From positions 101,558,001 to 101,622,000 of the forward strand of contig NC_045697.1 in NCBI RefSeq assembly GCF_009834535.1: a stretch of 64,000 nt of DNA, given 5' to 3'. Shown one piece after another: positions 52,394-64,000 of this stretch. Both the position numbers and the translations under genes were made by a program. The notes beneath the pieces were generated by a model, which had not been told where the DNA came from, ran no database searches, and saw only the letters and a list, made by a program, of their open reading frames with translations. Source of the DNA: Camelus ferus (lineage: Eukaryota). Within the stretch, counting starts at the first letter, position 1; every line of letters begins with the position of its first letter.

Positions 52394-54612
52394 AGCTTGA
52401 TTATCTGAGTGATAAGCTATGTCTCAATTTCGCAGGAAGCAGCTGATGCATGAGCTCAGATGTTTGTGTGCACCAGAGCAAGTATTGACAAATTGTGTTC
52501 TTGCTCTTCGGCACGGACAAACTTTTCAAAAGGGTTGCCTACAAATGTTACTCTATTTCTTCATTTCCCAGTCTTTTTTTTTTTTCAAAGAAACGAAATA
52601 TATTAATACATGCTGTATGAATTTTTTTTCCCTTTATCCTTGTACTTTAATTTATCTTGGCTAATCTAGGCCCATTACCTTTCCACAGAATTTATGGTCA
52701 GTTTATCAAAGTCCACCAAAAGGGGGGGAAAAAAAAAAAGGAAACACACTAAATGTAAAGTTAATTTGAGGAGAATTGTCATCTTTTCAATTCTGAGTTC
52801 ACTCACCCATATTGAGCGCTAATGTCATGGTTGCTTATTTTCTCATTGTACGCCCTTCAAGAAAGTTTCAGAATTTTCCCTATGAAGGTTATGCATGTTT
52901 TTGTAGATTTATTCCTAAGTAACTTTAGTTTTTATTGCTAATCTGAATGGAATTTCTTGAGTGTGGGTGTGGGTGTAAAAGAAACAAAGGAAGAAATACA
53001 TTATACAAAAGGAAGATGTATGAAATGTAGTTTAAAAACAGCTATGTAGAGAAACCATCTGCTTCCTCCCCGACAAGAAATAAGGCTTAGCCAGACTCTC
53101 ATGACCTCCATAATCTTATCTTCCTCCCTCCTCCAGTCATAACCTCTGTCTTAACTTTTGTATTAGACATTCCAGCGCTTTTCTTGACAGTGTTATCACC
53201 TATGTATGTATCTATGAACAATATATTGATCAGGTTTTGATGGTTTTCAATTCTATAGATAGAATCATGCTGTATATATTCTCTATACTTTAGTCAAACT
53301 TTTATTTTTGCAGTTGAGCCATATTGATACACATGATGGCTGTTCAATCATTATCATTGCTGTGGAGCATTTCCAAACATGAATGTGCTAACTTTTGTCT
53401 ATTCTACTGGAGATGGCCATTTTGGTTGTTTTCAGTTTGGGGCTATTACAAAATACACTGGTACGAACAATGCTGTATATGTATCTTCAGTCAACTGCTC
53501 TAATTTTCCTAAAGTCTATGCCTGGGAGTAGAAATGCTGAATCAGTGTCTACTTATGTTCAAATTTAAAACTGTTTTCCAACGTGATGTTATCGTTTTAC
53601 ACTCTGCCATTGTCTGAAAGTTTCTTTTGCTCCATACTGATGACAACACTCGGTACACGGCTTTTTAATTTTTACTCATTTGTTAGGTATGGAATGGTAT
53701 CTGATTGTGGTTTTCATTTGTCTTTCTCTAATTCTAATGAGGTGAACACCTTTTTACATGTCTATCGGCCATCTGGAGCTCCTCTTTTGTGAAGTGCCTT
53801 TTTAAATCTTTTGCTTATTTTTCTATTAGGTATCTCTCTTTTTTATTAATTTCTATAAGATCACTATGTGTTCTGAGTATTTATCCTGTTTCAATTACAT
53901 ATTTTGAAAAATATCTTTCCACTGTGACTTGTCTTTATGCTTCCTTTATATGCCTTTTGAAAAAGAAGTTCATCATATTAAAGTGGCTGAATTTCGTCTT
54001 TTTTTTATAGGCTGCATTTTTGTATCCTATGTAGTGACTCCTTCTCTACTACAATGTTATAAAGTTAATTTCTCATATTGCCTTCAAAAAATGCCATAGT
54101 TTTGCCTTAAATATTTAAGTCCTTAATCTACCTGGAATTCTTATTTGTGTAAGACAGGTAAGGATTGAATGAAATTTTAAAATTACATTTTATGTTTTCT
54201 GTTTGTTTGCTGCTGATGTACAATAGGAACAGCAGTAAATTCATTTTGTATCCAGTAACCTTGCAGATTTTCTCATTAGTTCTAATACTTATTTGTAAAT
54301 TTTCTTTGGTTTTCTCTGTGGAAAATCTGCCAACAAATTTTTTTTTTTTCTGTTTAGTGCTTTACCATTTATTTCTTTGTTTTATCTGTTGCACTGGATA
54401 AGACCTCCAGCAGAGTACTGAGCGGAAGCAAGGATAATGAGAATTCTTGAGTTGGTCCTGACCTTAAAAGCAAATGTTCCTAAAGATACCATTCACTAGT
54501 CTAAGGAAGTTTCTTACTGTTTCTATTGGTAAGAGTTTTGTTATCATTGTTTTTGTTGTTTGTTTTAAAATTATGAGCACATGTTAAATTTTATCAAATT
54601 ATTTTTCTAAGG

Positions 54613-55093
54613 TGTAGTAGACTGAATAATAGCCCCCAAAGATAGCTGCATTCTAAACCCCAGATCTTGTGAATATTTTGTTTTATATGAGAAAGGAACT
54701 TTCAGATGTAATTAAGAATTCTGAGATGGGGAGAATATCCTGGAATATCTGAGTGAGTTCAATGTACACTGATCAAATTACACTGGTCCTTACAAGAGGG
54801 AGTCAGGAACATCAGAGAGAGAGGAAAAAAGATTGGAAGACACAACGCTGCTGATTTTGAAGATGGAAGATGAGACCATGAGCCAAAGAGCGTGAGCAGC
54901 CTCCAGAAGCTAGAAAACGCAAAGGAGTGAATTTTCCCCTAAAGTCTCCAGAAGGAATGCATCCCTGTCAATAACTTCATTTTAGCCCACTGAGACCGAT
55001 TTTGGACTTCTGACCTCCAGAACTGTAAGATACTAAATTTGTGTTATTTGAAGCCAGTAAATTTGTGGTGATTTCTTGACAATACAGAATACA
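54613..55093 (+). mobile_element. MaLR solo LTR, MLT1D-like
   Basis: 'tgtagtagactgaataatagcccccaaagat...gaagatggaag...ttggacttctgacctccagaactgtaagatactaaatttgtgttatttgaagccagtaaatttgtgg'. Confidence 0.9.
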
Positions 55094-55559
55094 AGGGACA
55101 TTATACTGTGTTTGAACCTTGCTTAGCCTGTGATTATTGGAAATTACTTTATAGAACTTCAGATAATAAATCATCCTTACATTCTTGACATGATTCTTGC
55201 TTGGTTAAAATGTGTCTTTTTTAAATTCAGTGATAGATTTAGTTTGCAAATATTTTATTCAATTATTAAACTATGTTCATAAACAAGATTGGCCTTTAAT
55301 TTTCCTTTATCATACTATCATTTTTTGGGTATCAAAGTTACCTGGATTCATGAAAGGAATTGAGAAGTACATCCTCTTTTACTATTGTATGAACATGTTT
55401 TATAAGATTGAGATTATTCTTTTCGTTTAAAACTTCATGAAACTCAGCTGTAAAAGGTTCAGAGAAGGGTGCCATTGTTGTGTGTCAATATTTGAATTTT
55501 CATTCAGTTTTTTAGTGTGTATAATAAGTCCTTTCAGATTTTATAATTCTTTGTTTTCC

Positions 55560-55768
55560 ATTTTTTATTGAAGTATAGCTAATTTATAATATGTTAGTTT
55601 TGGGTATACAGCAAAGTGATTCAGTTATACATATATATTCTTTTTTTCAATTTTTTCCATTTCAAGTTATTACAAGATATTGAATATAATTTCCTGTGTT
55701 ACAAAGTAAATCCTTGTTGTTTATTTTATATATGATGGTGTGTATCTGTTAATCCCTATAATTCCTTT
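55560..55768 (-). mobile_element. Artiodactyl-type L1 3' stub
   Basis: 'ttttttattgaagtatagctaatttataat...cagcaaagtgattcagttatac...ttattacaagatattgaatat', the same family type as 44281-45174. Confidence 0.85.
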
Positions 55769-56313
55769 TGAATCTATTTTGGTGATTTACATCTTTCTAG
55801 AAAAGTATTTGTTTCAGCTCTTTTCCAATCATTAACATAAATATTTTTATAGTATTCTCTATAAGTTTTTACCTTACTTATAGTGATGCCTGTTATTTAA
55901 TATCTAATAGTGTTTATTTATGCTTTATTTTTATTTTTTATCTTGTTCAATCTTGGAAAAAAGTTAATGTATTTTGTTAGTCTTTTCCAACAACTAGCTT
56001 TTGGTTTAGTTGATCTTAAATTGTTTGTTTGATTTTTATTTCCTTAATTTATGCTCACAGCATTATTTTCTTTCTTCTATGTTGTTTGGGCTTACCCTAT
56101 TCTTTTTTAAAAATGTTTAGCTGAATACTTAGTTTATGAATTTTTAATCTTTTTATTCACAAATACGTCTAACTATTACATTTGAAGAAGAAACTGGAGT
56201 ACAAACAAAATAATTGTACCCTGCCTCTTGCCCACTGAAATTTTATTAAGCTAGTTCTTTCCTGCCCTTTGAGTAAACTGTATAATAGAACTCATGACTT
56301 TTTCCTTCATCTC

Positions 56314-56879
56314 TGTCAGAGAGGAAGAAATTTTCCTCTACCCTTCTAGGTTCTTCTAGCTGATCTAAGAATTAAATTGACATGAGACAGATGAACAGGA
56401 GAAAATGAAACAAAAATTTTACATCATATATACATGAGAGAGACCCAGGAAAACTAGTAACTTGCTAAAATGGCTGAAGCTCTCACCCTAAATACCATCT
56501 TCAGCTAAAAAAAAAAAAAAAAAAAAAAGATATCAGTGGTTTGGGACTTCAAAGGAGAAGAAGGCAACTGACATGGAGATGAAAAAGCAAATGTTTGGTA
56601 AACAAATTTTGCTGGGGCTGGCAGAAAAAATGGGACCCAGAGAGAAATCTGATCTCAATGGACCACACCTGGTCTAAAATCTTTCCCAAAATCTCTGGTG
56701 ATATTCAGAAGACAGACTCTATTCTGAAGACAAGTCTTTTATCTAAATTATTTGGGCAACTATGGAGGAAGTAAAAAAGCAAGACTTCCTGAATCTTCTG
56801 TTTCTTAAAAATAATCAGCCTCAATTAATCCTCACGGCAAAGAGACACATTTTGGAGGAACAAATTTTGATGCCCAGCA
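56314..56879 (-). mobile_element. ERV1-class solo LTR (566 bp; MER34/MER39-like)
   Basis: TG...CA termini with perfect 4-bp TSD tctc (56310-56313 and 56880-56883); 'aattttcctctacccttctaggttc...gacagatgaacaggagaaaa'. Strand inferred from family resemblance. Confidence 0.85.
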
Positions 56880-57254
56880 TCTCAAATGATGAGAATCTTC
56901 TGGTCACTTTAATTCCAAGAATAGTCTAATTGCAATAATTAAGAGCTGGTCCCACATAATAGTCAAAACTCTGAAATTCATTAAGGGTCAAAACTTATTC
57001 ACAATTCTTTTTCAGGCTGCTCTAGACAGGAAATCTGCTGGGCAAAAGAGGGTTTTAATCTATACTGCTTCTCTTTTCTGCATCCTCCCACCTCCTCCCA
57101 CCATATGATTCTCCTCCCTAGCCCACTAGCATGGTAGCCAGGAATTCACACATTTAGGAGCAGGAAGTCCTTGCTGGACAGTATCAGGGCTCTGAGGGTT
57201 TGGTGGACGTTCAAAGTTTACCCTTCTAGTCATTATATTGGTTAGGACTCTCTA

Positions 57255-57608
57255 AAGACCCAAGGCCAAATTAAGCGACATTTTACAACATAATTGGCCA
57301 GTACTATTTAAGAACGTCAAGGTCATGAAGACAAAGAAATTGTTCCAGATGAAAGGAGACTGAGCAGACATGACAACTAAATACAATATGTAGATTTGGA
57401 TGCTGGATGTCAAAAAGGATACAAGTTGGACAACTGGTAAACTTTGGATAAAGTTTGTCATTAGATAGTGCTATATGAATGGTAATTTCCTGGTTTTCAT
57501 ATTGTAACATGGTTACATAAGATTTTAACATATGGGAAATCTGGATGTATACAGGATTTTTTGTACTATTTTCTAACTTTTTTATATGTCTGAAGTTATT
57601 TTTTTAAA
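57255..57608 (+). mobile_element. L1MC-type 3' end
   Basis: 'caaattaagcgacattttacaacataattggccagtact...gtcaaggtcatgaagacaaag...gacatgacaactaaatacaat'. Confidence 0.8.
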
Positions 57609-57639
57609 AGCATGGGGGAAAAATGTATGTGTTTTGATC

Positions 57640-58650
57640 TCACATTTAAAACTGTAGCTTAGATTTCTCCTCTGAATTCCAGACTAATTTAACTAGTTTT
57701 TTCAGTTTCTCATTTGATATCTCTACTTGGATGTATTATAAACATTTCAAGCTTAACATTTCTCAAACTGAACTCTTACTTATCTTCAAAATCTCTTCCA
57801 CTAGAAGTCATTTTCCAAATCCCCAAATGCCACCACTACCTATCCAGCCGCTCAAAGCAGATTTCTTGACATCACTCACCTAATCAACCCATCACTAAAA
57901 TCTGTTGGTCCTTTTTGCCAATATATACCTCAAATCCACATGATTCTCTTAACCTCTATTGCCATGACTCTAGTCTAAGAGTCATGACTGTGACCTCCCG
58001 TGTAGTCTATTGTAATAGTTCCCTAACTAATCTCCCTGCTTTGACTAGGGATAACCCTCCAAGACATTCTCCAAAGAGATTCTATGTGATCCCATTAAAA
58101 TGTACGTTAGATCATGACTCTCCCAGTTCCAAAATACTTCAACAGCTTCTCATTGTACCTAAAATAAAATTTAAAATTCATAACCTGGTTTAAGGCAAAC
58201 TGAGCCTTGTACAACTTATCTGCCTTCCTTCACTCTCCTCCAAACACACATACACTCTTACTACACTCTACATCACTCACCCGGCTCCAGCACACAGTGT
58301 GCATGAGGGCCCTGAAGAACTACAATTTACGTGCTGCCTCAGGACCTATGTAGTTGTTATTTCTTCCTCATTGGACACTCCTCTTACTGCCTAAGACCCT
58401 CTTCCTAATAGTTTTCCTTTGACTAGTTCCTTCCCATCCAACACATTCAGATCTTGAATTAAATATCACCTTCTTTTAGAAGTTTTTCTCTTATAGCATT
58501 CAGGATAATTTTTAATTATAACATTATTTGTCGCTTATTGGGTGCCTATGTCTCCCACGATAAGCTCAGTGAGAGCTGGAGTCAGGTCTGTCTCGTCCAC
58601 CTTTACATACCAGTACCTAACTTATGCTCAACAAGTACACGATGAACAAC
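57640..58650 (+). mobile_element. L2 LINE 3' part
   Basis: 'tctcctctgaattccagact...aagcttaacatttctcaaactgaactc...tattgtaatagttccctaact...ttagatcatgactctcc...gctgcctcaggacctatg'. Confidence 0.85.
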
Positions 58651-58939
58651 TACTTTCTAAGCAGCAAGCTAAATTTGTTTTGTGATGATGGTCACTGTAG
58701 GCTAGAGATGAGGAATTATTTCCATACCTAAACAGGATGCAGAAGAGGTATCTTCGTCAGTAATGTAGTTCAGCACCTCCAGTTGACAATCATATGATTT
58801 AATGTGAAATAAGCCTCATATGCTGGCTGGGCATTTGTCTCCCCACCAATTCCCTCCTGGAACCGTAATTTGCAATGCATTGGAAAATGCATGCTGGACC
58901 TCTCCACGTACATCAGAAATATACACAAAGAGGCAACCA

Positions 58940-59420
58940 TTTCCAAGTCTCAGAACTATGCTGTTGAGACGATCTAACTTATAAAGCAAAATTGGCACTT
59001 ATTGGATTGGGTCAGAAAATTCCAGGTACAGAGCTGCAGTGGAAATGTTCTTATACAACTTTCTGAACTTTGGAAAAATGGAGTGCATGAGAGATCTGGG
59101 TTTAGAAATAAAAAGCCTTTGAAGGTTTTGTTGGGAATATGTAAGTTCCAGAAGCAAAATAAGGAAAAATGAGAAGGGTGACTTCACTTTAAGGATTTTG
59201 ATTTCACTGGACTGGATAATAGAAAACAGAAAGTATTCCAATTTCAAGCGTTTCATATTACTGCCATTGTATTAATAGGATTACTGGCACCTGTACATAA
59301 TCCTCTTTAATTAACTGAGTTGCATAATCCAAGAAGGACTGTAAAACAGGGAGTCAATTTTTTTAGAAAGTGTGACCCAAGAATTAACATAAGCAATATC
59401 ATGTGGACTCATTTCAGAAT
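58940..59420 (-). mobile_element. Possible ancient RTE-X/L4 LINE relic (C-terminal region)
   Basis: Adjacent in-frame ORFs 58999-59256 and 58816-58998 are separated by one stop. SWVTLSKKIDSLFYSPSWIMQL..SLMHSIFPKFRKLYKNI..FSDPIQ*VPILLYKLD loosely parallels the RTE-X C-terminus. Confidence 0.35.
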
Positions 59421-59547
59421 CTCTTTTGATTATTTCTTGATTCCCCACCCCTCTCCCATGGAGACATCCTTGACCTTTTAAACCCAATGGATCAACAAGA
59501 TAAACAGTGAAGTCAGAGGACAAACGCATTCAGAGAGTGAACATAAC

Positions 59548-60070
59548 CTATTTTAATCAGGACTCTGAGTTGTAAGAAACAAATCTCAACACAAACTAGA
59601 TTGAGCAAAAGGGAGATTTATTGGAAACAAACATAGGTAACTCATAAAATCAAAAAGGAACCTAAGGTTTGAAGACCTCAAGGAATAAAATCAAGGTACA
59701 ACTCACCAGAATTGTCTCTTCCTGCTCTCATCAGTCTCCTGGTTTCTCCAAGTGGTGAAAGACAGAACCAGCAGCTCTGAATCATATGCTTTCAGTTTTC
59801 CTGCAACAAAGATAGAAAGAATAATTTTCCCCAATGGAGCCTCTTACAAAAAAAAAAGTCTCAGGGAAGTATTCTGATTGGCCCAGTTTTGGTTAAATGC
59901 CCACTACTGAACCCATCACAATGTCCAGATGGATAAGATAATCTACTTGGATGTGGGGTTCTGAGGCAAGGAGGTAGAGGAGTACTATGATTGCTAACCC
60001 TACCAGAAAATCAGGATTAGAGTGGATAAAAAGAACTCTCACTTCTCCTACCAAAGGCTTGTTACAAGAA
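59548..60070 (-). mobile_element. Old MaLR LTR (MLT1K/L-like)
   Basis: 'tcaggactctgagttgtaagaaac...gcaaaagggagatttattgg', 'ttctgattggcccagttttggttaaatgcccactactgaacccatcac'. Confidence 0.75.
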
Positions 60071-60293
60071 GAAACTAAGTAGACAAAAGCACAATATTCA
60101 TCTCACTTTCTTTCCATCTCTATCCCCCAAAGAAGAAAACTGGAGGGATAGGGGATGGGAGGACAGGAAGTGGTAAGGAAAGGAGAGGACAAGAGAGGAG
60201 AGTTTTAACTGAATATAGAAGGATTTATACATGGGATTTAACAGGAGTTATATGTATACATTTCTCAGTGCATCCCGTGTTTGTAGAAAAGGA

Positions 60294-60795
60294 TGTGGTA
60301 GGCCTAAACATGGTCCCAAAGATGTCTACATCTTCACCCACGGAACCTCAGAATACGTTACCATACATAGTAAAATGGACTTTGACAATGTGGTTATGGG
60401 TATGGACTCTGAGAAGCGGAGATTGCCTGGATTATCCAGGTGGGTCCTATCTAATCACATGAGCACTTAAAAGCAGAGAACCTTTTCCAGCTGTGGTTAG
60501 AGAGACATGATGATGGAAGAAAAGTCAGAGATATGTGAAGTCATTGGCTTTGAAGATGGAGGAAGGGAACCAGGAGCAAGGCAGAGCAAGTGACCTCTAG
60601 AAGCTGAAAAAGACCAAGAAACGTGCTCTTTTAGGGCCTCTGTAAAGGAACCTAGCCCTGCCAACACCTGGACTTTAGCCCAGTGAGACCTGTTATCAGA
60701 CTTCTGAGCTACAAAACTATCAGATAATAACTGTTTTGTTTTACACCACTAAGTTTGTAGTAATTTGCCACTGCAGTAATAGAAACCCTAATATA
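60294..60795 (+). mobile_element. MaLR solo LTR, MLT1D-like
   Basis: 'tgtggtaggcctaaacatggtcccaaagatgtc...cctggattatccaggtggg...ggctttgaagatggaggaaggg...cactaagtttgtagtaatttg...agaaaccctaatata'. Confidence 0.9.
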
Positions 60796-61989
60796 AGGTG
60801 GCATGAAACCTAATAAAAGGTGCTATGAAGCTTAGGAATAGGCCATACACACAGTCTGTTATTTCATTTGCTTTCAATGACAAAGGAAAATTGTAAAAGA
60901 GCTGTGCTTGGGGCAGCGGGGAGAGAGGAGCAGGTGGTGGTTTCAAGTCCTATTTAGAGGATTTTCCTGTGAATTAGTGAGATGTGAGGGCAGAAATAAC
61001 ACCATGATCACAAGTGATACTGTCCCTTGTGTCAAAAGGTCAGTGTATGAATGTAGTTCGTTTTTTCTTTCATGACTTTTTCTTCCAGGTAGCCTAAACT
61101 ATGGAAAGATTTCAGAAAAAGCAGTTGAATGTATAATAATTAGACTCCTACTGGATTTTAGATTTTTGTCATTGAGTGATAAGTTCCTGCTTCTCCTATT
61201 ACAGATTTAAGAGGACACGAACCATGAAGGAATAACCCTGACCTGATGGACGGAAGCTAGGTAGGGACTGAGGGAGCACTGTGTAACTCTGCACCTGCAT
61301 TAGAGACCAGTACGGTACAAAGAAGCCAGTATATCTGTCGGGTTTCTGATGTCAGCAGTGATGCTCTGGATCTTTGTAGGCAGGAATGATTGCACTACAT
61401 CTATCCTCAGGAAAATTCCCACTGTTCAAGGAGCCCAACTAGGACAAGGGAAGGAGAATGGGAATCCTGACAATTGGTACCCCTTCCTTTTTTGTTCAAA
61501 CACCCAATAAATGAAAGAGTTCTAAGTTTAGTCAAACAGAGGCTGGACCAAAGAAAATTGAAGTAAATCATATGTAAGTTACATAAGCCGTGATATCCTA
61601 AAATACAAGCTCCTTGAGGGAAGGGACTCTGTTTTGTTCACTGCATTATACTCTATGCCTGGCAGTAGATATTTCACATATACCTGTTAACTACATGAAA
61701 AACATTCCAATCCCATCATGGCTTCAGCAGGTGCTGGGAGGTCCTGTTTGGCTTGGAGTCATCCTAATAGAATATAACCCTGACCCTCCTTAGTTAGGGA
61801 ATAGCCAATTCTGGAAGAGTTCTTCCTTCTCCCTGGTAGTGAGTGCCAGTCACTTAAAATAAGCAACAATCCTATGGTTGTTGCAAAGATGCACACCAGT
61901 GTTTGCTTACCTCCACGGGAAGCCAAGACAGTAGATGTCTAATACCAAGACATAAGAGTGATACTGGATGACTCTTTTAGTGCCACACA

Positions 61990-62250
61990 GCTTCCATCTT
62001 CTTTCCAAACTAGGAGCCATCACCTCCCCAACTCCCATCAACCTCTGTACTGGCTGTTCTTTTTGCTTGGAAAATTCTTCCCCAGAATTTCGAAACCCTG
62101 GCTCCTTCTTATCATCCCTGGCTCAGCATCAGTGTCACCTCCTCAAGGAGGCCATCCAGTTTAAAGCAGTGACCCAGTCACTCTCTCACACCACCATGCT
62201 TTATCAACAGCTCATATTCTCTTTGATTTTGTTTTTGTTTGATTTGTATC
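61990..62250 (+). mobile_element. L2 fragment
   Basis: 'ctctgtactggctgttctttttgcttggaaaattcttcccc...ggctcagcatcagtgtcacctcctcaaggaggcc'. Confidence 0.7.
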
Positions 62251-62884
62251 TGCCTTAGCTCTAGTTATTATTAGCTGGGCTTATTAGCTGGGAGACTCCA
62301 GTGGTCAGACTCTCAGAGTCCCAGTTTCCTTATCTAATTCATTAGTATCATATGAGATAACAATGGAGACTGTCCTGTCATACAATCTTCAAGAAGCATT
62401 ACTGGTTTAGAAAAAAAGGCTACTCAATTAATAAGCTTAGTCTTTTGAATGGAAAAAAGTGACAAACACCATTTTGAATTCTAAGAGGAAGAAATATAAT
62501 AGACTCTTCTGTAAATAGGAAGACACTTTTCAGTTCTATAGTGAGAAATATATGGGAAGAGTGATAAAGATAAAACTTTTTTTTTCAAAGCCACAATAAG
62601 GAATGATAATTAAATGATGCTATAACTTTCCTTTAATACAATTCTTTAGATAAATAAATAAATAACTAAATGTTGCCAGGATTTGTCACTAAAAGCATTT
62701 TAATTCCTCTTTAAGGTTCAGAAACATATATGAAATCTTCCTAATTTTTTTGCAGAAAATTGTTAATTTCATGATTCAGGTATGTTTTACAAACTTCCAC
62801 AGTGTAATGAGCCCATCTTGTGGCCTTTTATAATATTGCCACTTTTAAAGTCAAACAATTTTTAACCATAGGTTTATATGATGT

Positions 62885-63060
62885 CTTTTATTCAACAAAC
62901 AACTTTCGAGCACTTACTATGTGCCAAGTGTTATGCTGACTGCTGGGGATGCAGTGAGAGATCTAAGAAAAACAAGGTCCTTGCCCTGAATTCATACAAA
63001 TCAAAAGGAGAGAGAGACTTAAGCAGAGATAATCACAGCAGGAAAGTTAAGCACTATTAT
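62885..63060 (-). mobile_element. L2 3' end
   Basis: 'attcaacaaacaactttcgagcacttactatgtgccaagtgttatgctgactgctggggatgcagtg...caaggtccttgccct'. Confidence 0.8.
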
Positions 63061-64000
63061 ATAAAAGTATAAACTTACTATGCCAGAATTAAATGAAGTG
63101 TCCCCAGAACTCAGAATAAAACAGATATACCTCCATTTCCAGGAATAACTCTGATCAGTAAAGAAACCAAGTATCATTCAAGGCTGGATTAATTTCCAGA
63201 CTTCTATTCCACAAGTAGTTCACAGAAACCTCAGTCTATCTGGCTCTAATCTAAATCAATCATTCTCAGAGTGAAGCAATCACAGTATTTTAAAAATAGC
63301 TTCCTATGATGCCTATCGGTAAGCAGGTTGTCTATCTTCCTACACCCACTCACAATCACAGTTTTAAAGAAATGGAGAGACAAAGCTCTTTGGGGAAGTG
63401 AGGGGCTGACATAGAATATTTTAATTAGTCAGGAAGAGAAGGGAAAGCCCATACTTTCCAATATGACGGTTTGAGGGGTGAAATGTGAATAGAAGTAGGG
63501 GTGATAAGCAATTAGGCGTGTGCCCAAATTCCTAGCTTCAAGGCTCCATGGGAAGAGAAGGAGGTGATAGCCTGGGAGGAGCACTGCCTGTTTAGGGCTC
63601 TGGGAGGAGATCATTGTGCAGAGTGACCCCTGACCAACAAATGACCACACCCAGTGTGGGTGAGACACAGGAGAGGCATGGTCAGCCAGAGACAGGATCA
63701 CCCTCTGCTCCGTGTGAGAGATCCTAGGATGAGGGTCCGCAGGCCAACTGTGGAATCACTCATCCTGGGGGAAAAGCCGAGCCACAGCCTTTACTGCAGG
63801 GTGGACATCCTTGGCCAAGGTCAGATGGAGGGTATACCAGATACTCAATAGACCTCGGCACTATCAAGTGGATGCAGGCAGAATGCAAGGATTATGACAA
63901 TAAAAATTATCAAAGCTTCAACCTACACCCAAGGAGGAAGACTTTCAGCCTAAGAGCTAGGATGTCACATGGACAATGTCCATATACCCTGCTGTCTGGG

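Larger units (their letters stand above)
52560..56170 (-). mobile_element. Old L1 (L1M/L1ME) antisense fragments, with younger insertions
   Basis: 'ttaatttgaggagaattgtcatctt', 'gggagtagaaatgctgaatca', 'ggtatctgattgtggttttcatttg', 'ttttgtatccagtaaccttgc', 'caactagcttttggtttagttgatc'. Confidence 0.8.

Noticed and set aside
56507..56528. A22 tract as a retrocopy tail
   Set aside because: It lies inside a TSD-bounded LTR with no upstream insert, so homopolymer expansion explains it. The A runs at ~18150 and ~25521 likewise lack TSDs.
58816..58880. 'GGNWWGDKC' as a fibrinogen-domain motif
   Set aside because: The surrounding residues lack the other fibrinogen C-terminal motifs.
60782..60830. ~22-bp tandem duplication at the MLT1D end
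   Set aside because: Two degenerate copies; an ordinary local duplication.
1..64000. Prokaryotic-style systems (CRISPR, operons, defence loci), tRNA/rRNA/snRNA genes, NUMT, CpG-island promoter
   Set aside because: None seen. The sequence is CpG-depleted mammalian repeat-rich DNA with no long ORFs and no regular repeat-spacer arrays.

Overview
This is AT-rich, CpG-depleted placental-mammal genomic DNA, probably camelid (alpaca/llama/camel). That assignment is an inference from the 3' UTR style of the youngest L1s and from seeing no Alu, B1, SINEC, PRE1, CHR or Bov-tA/BovB SINEs. I found no protein-coding exon, RNA gene, CpG island or prokaryotic-type system, so the window reads as intergenic or deep intronic. 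The ORF track consists of L1 ORF2 remnants, antisense repeat frames and chance ORFs. More than half of the window is nested transposon debris: L1s of many ages, L2, MIR, MaLR MLT1 LTRs plus one partial MaLR provirus, ERVL/ERV1 solo LTRs with target-site duplications (TSDs), and the MER2/MER5 DNA elements. The most notable observations are two probable L1 3'-transductions (32.8-33.3 kb and 44.07-45.17 kb), a young L1 whose ORF1 end is fused directly to the ORF2 3' end (21.66-22.57 kb), a second multiply deleted L1 (20.07-21.63 kb), and four very old LINE relics recognisable only by translation (two CR1/L3-like, two RTE-X/L4-like). I cannot support a new biological system. Repeat subfamily names come from remembered consensus sequences, and boundaries of old repeats are approximate.
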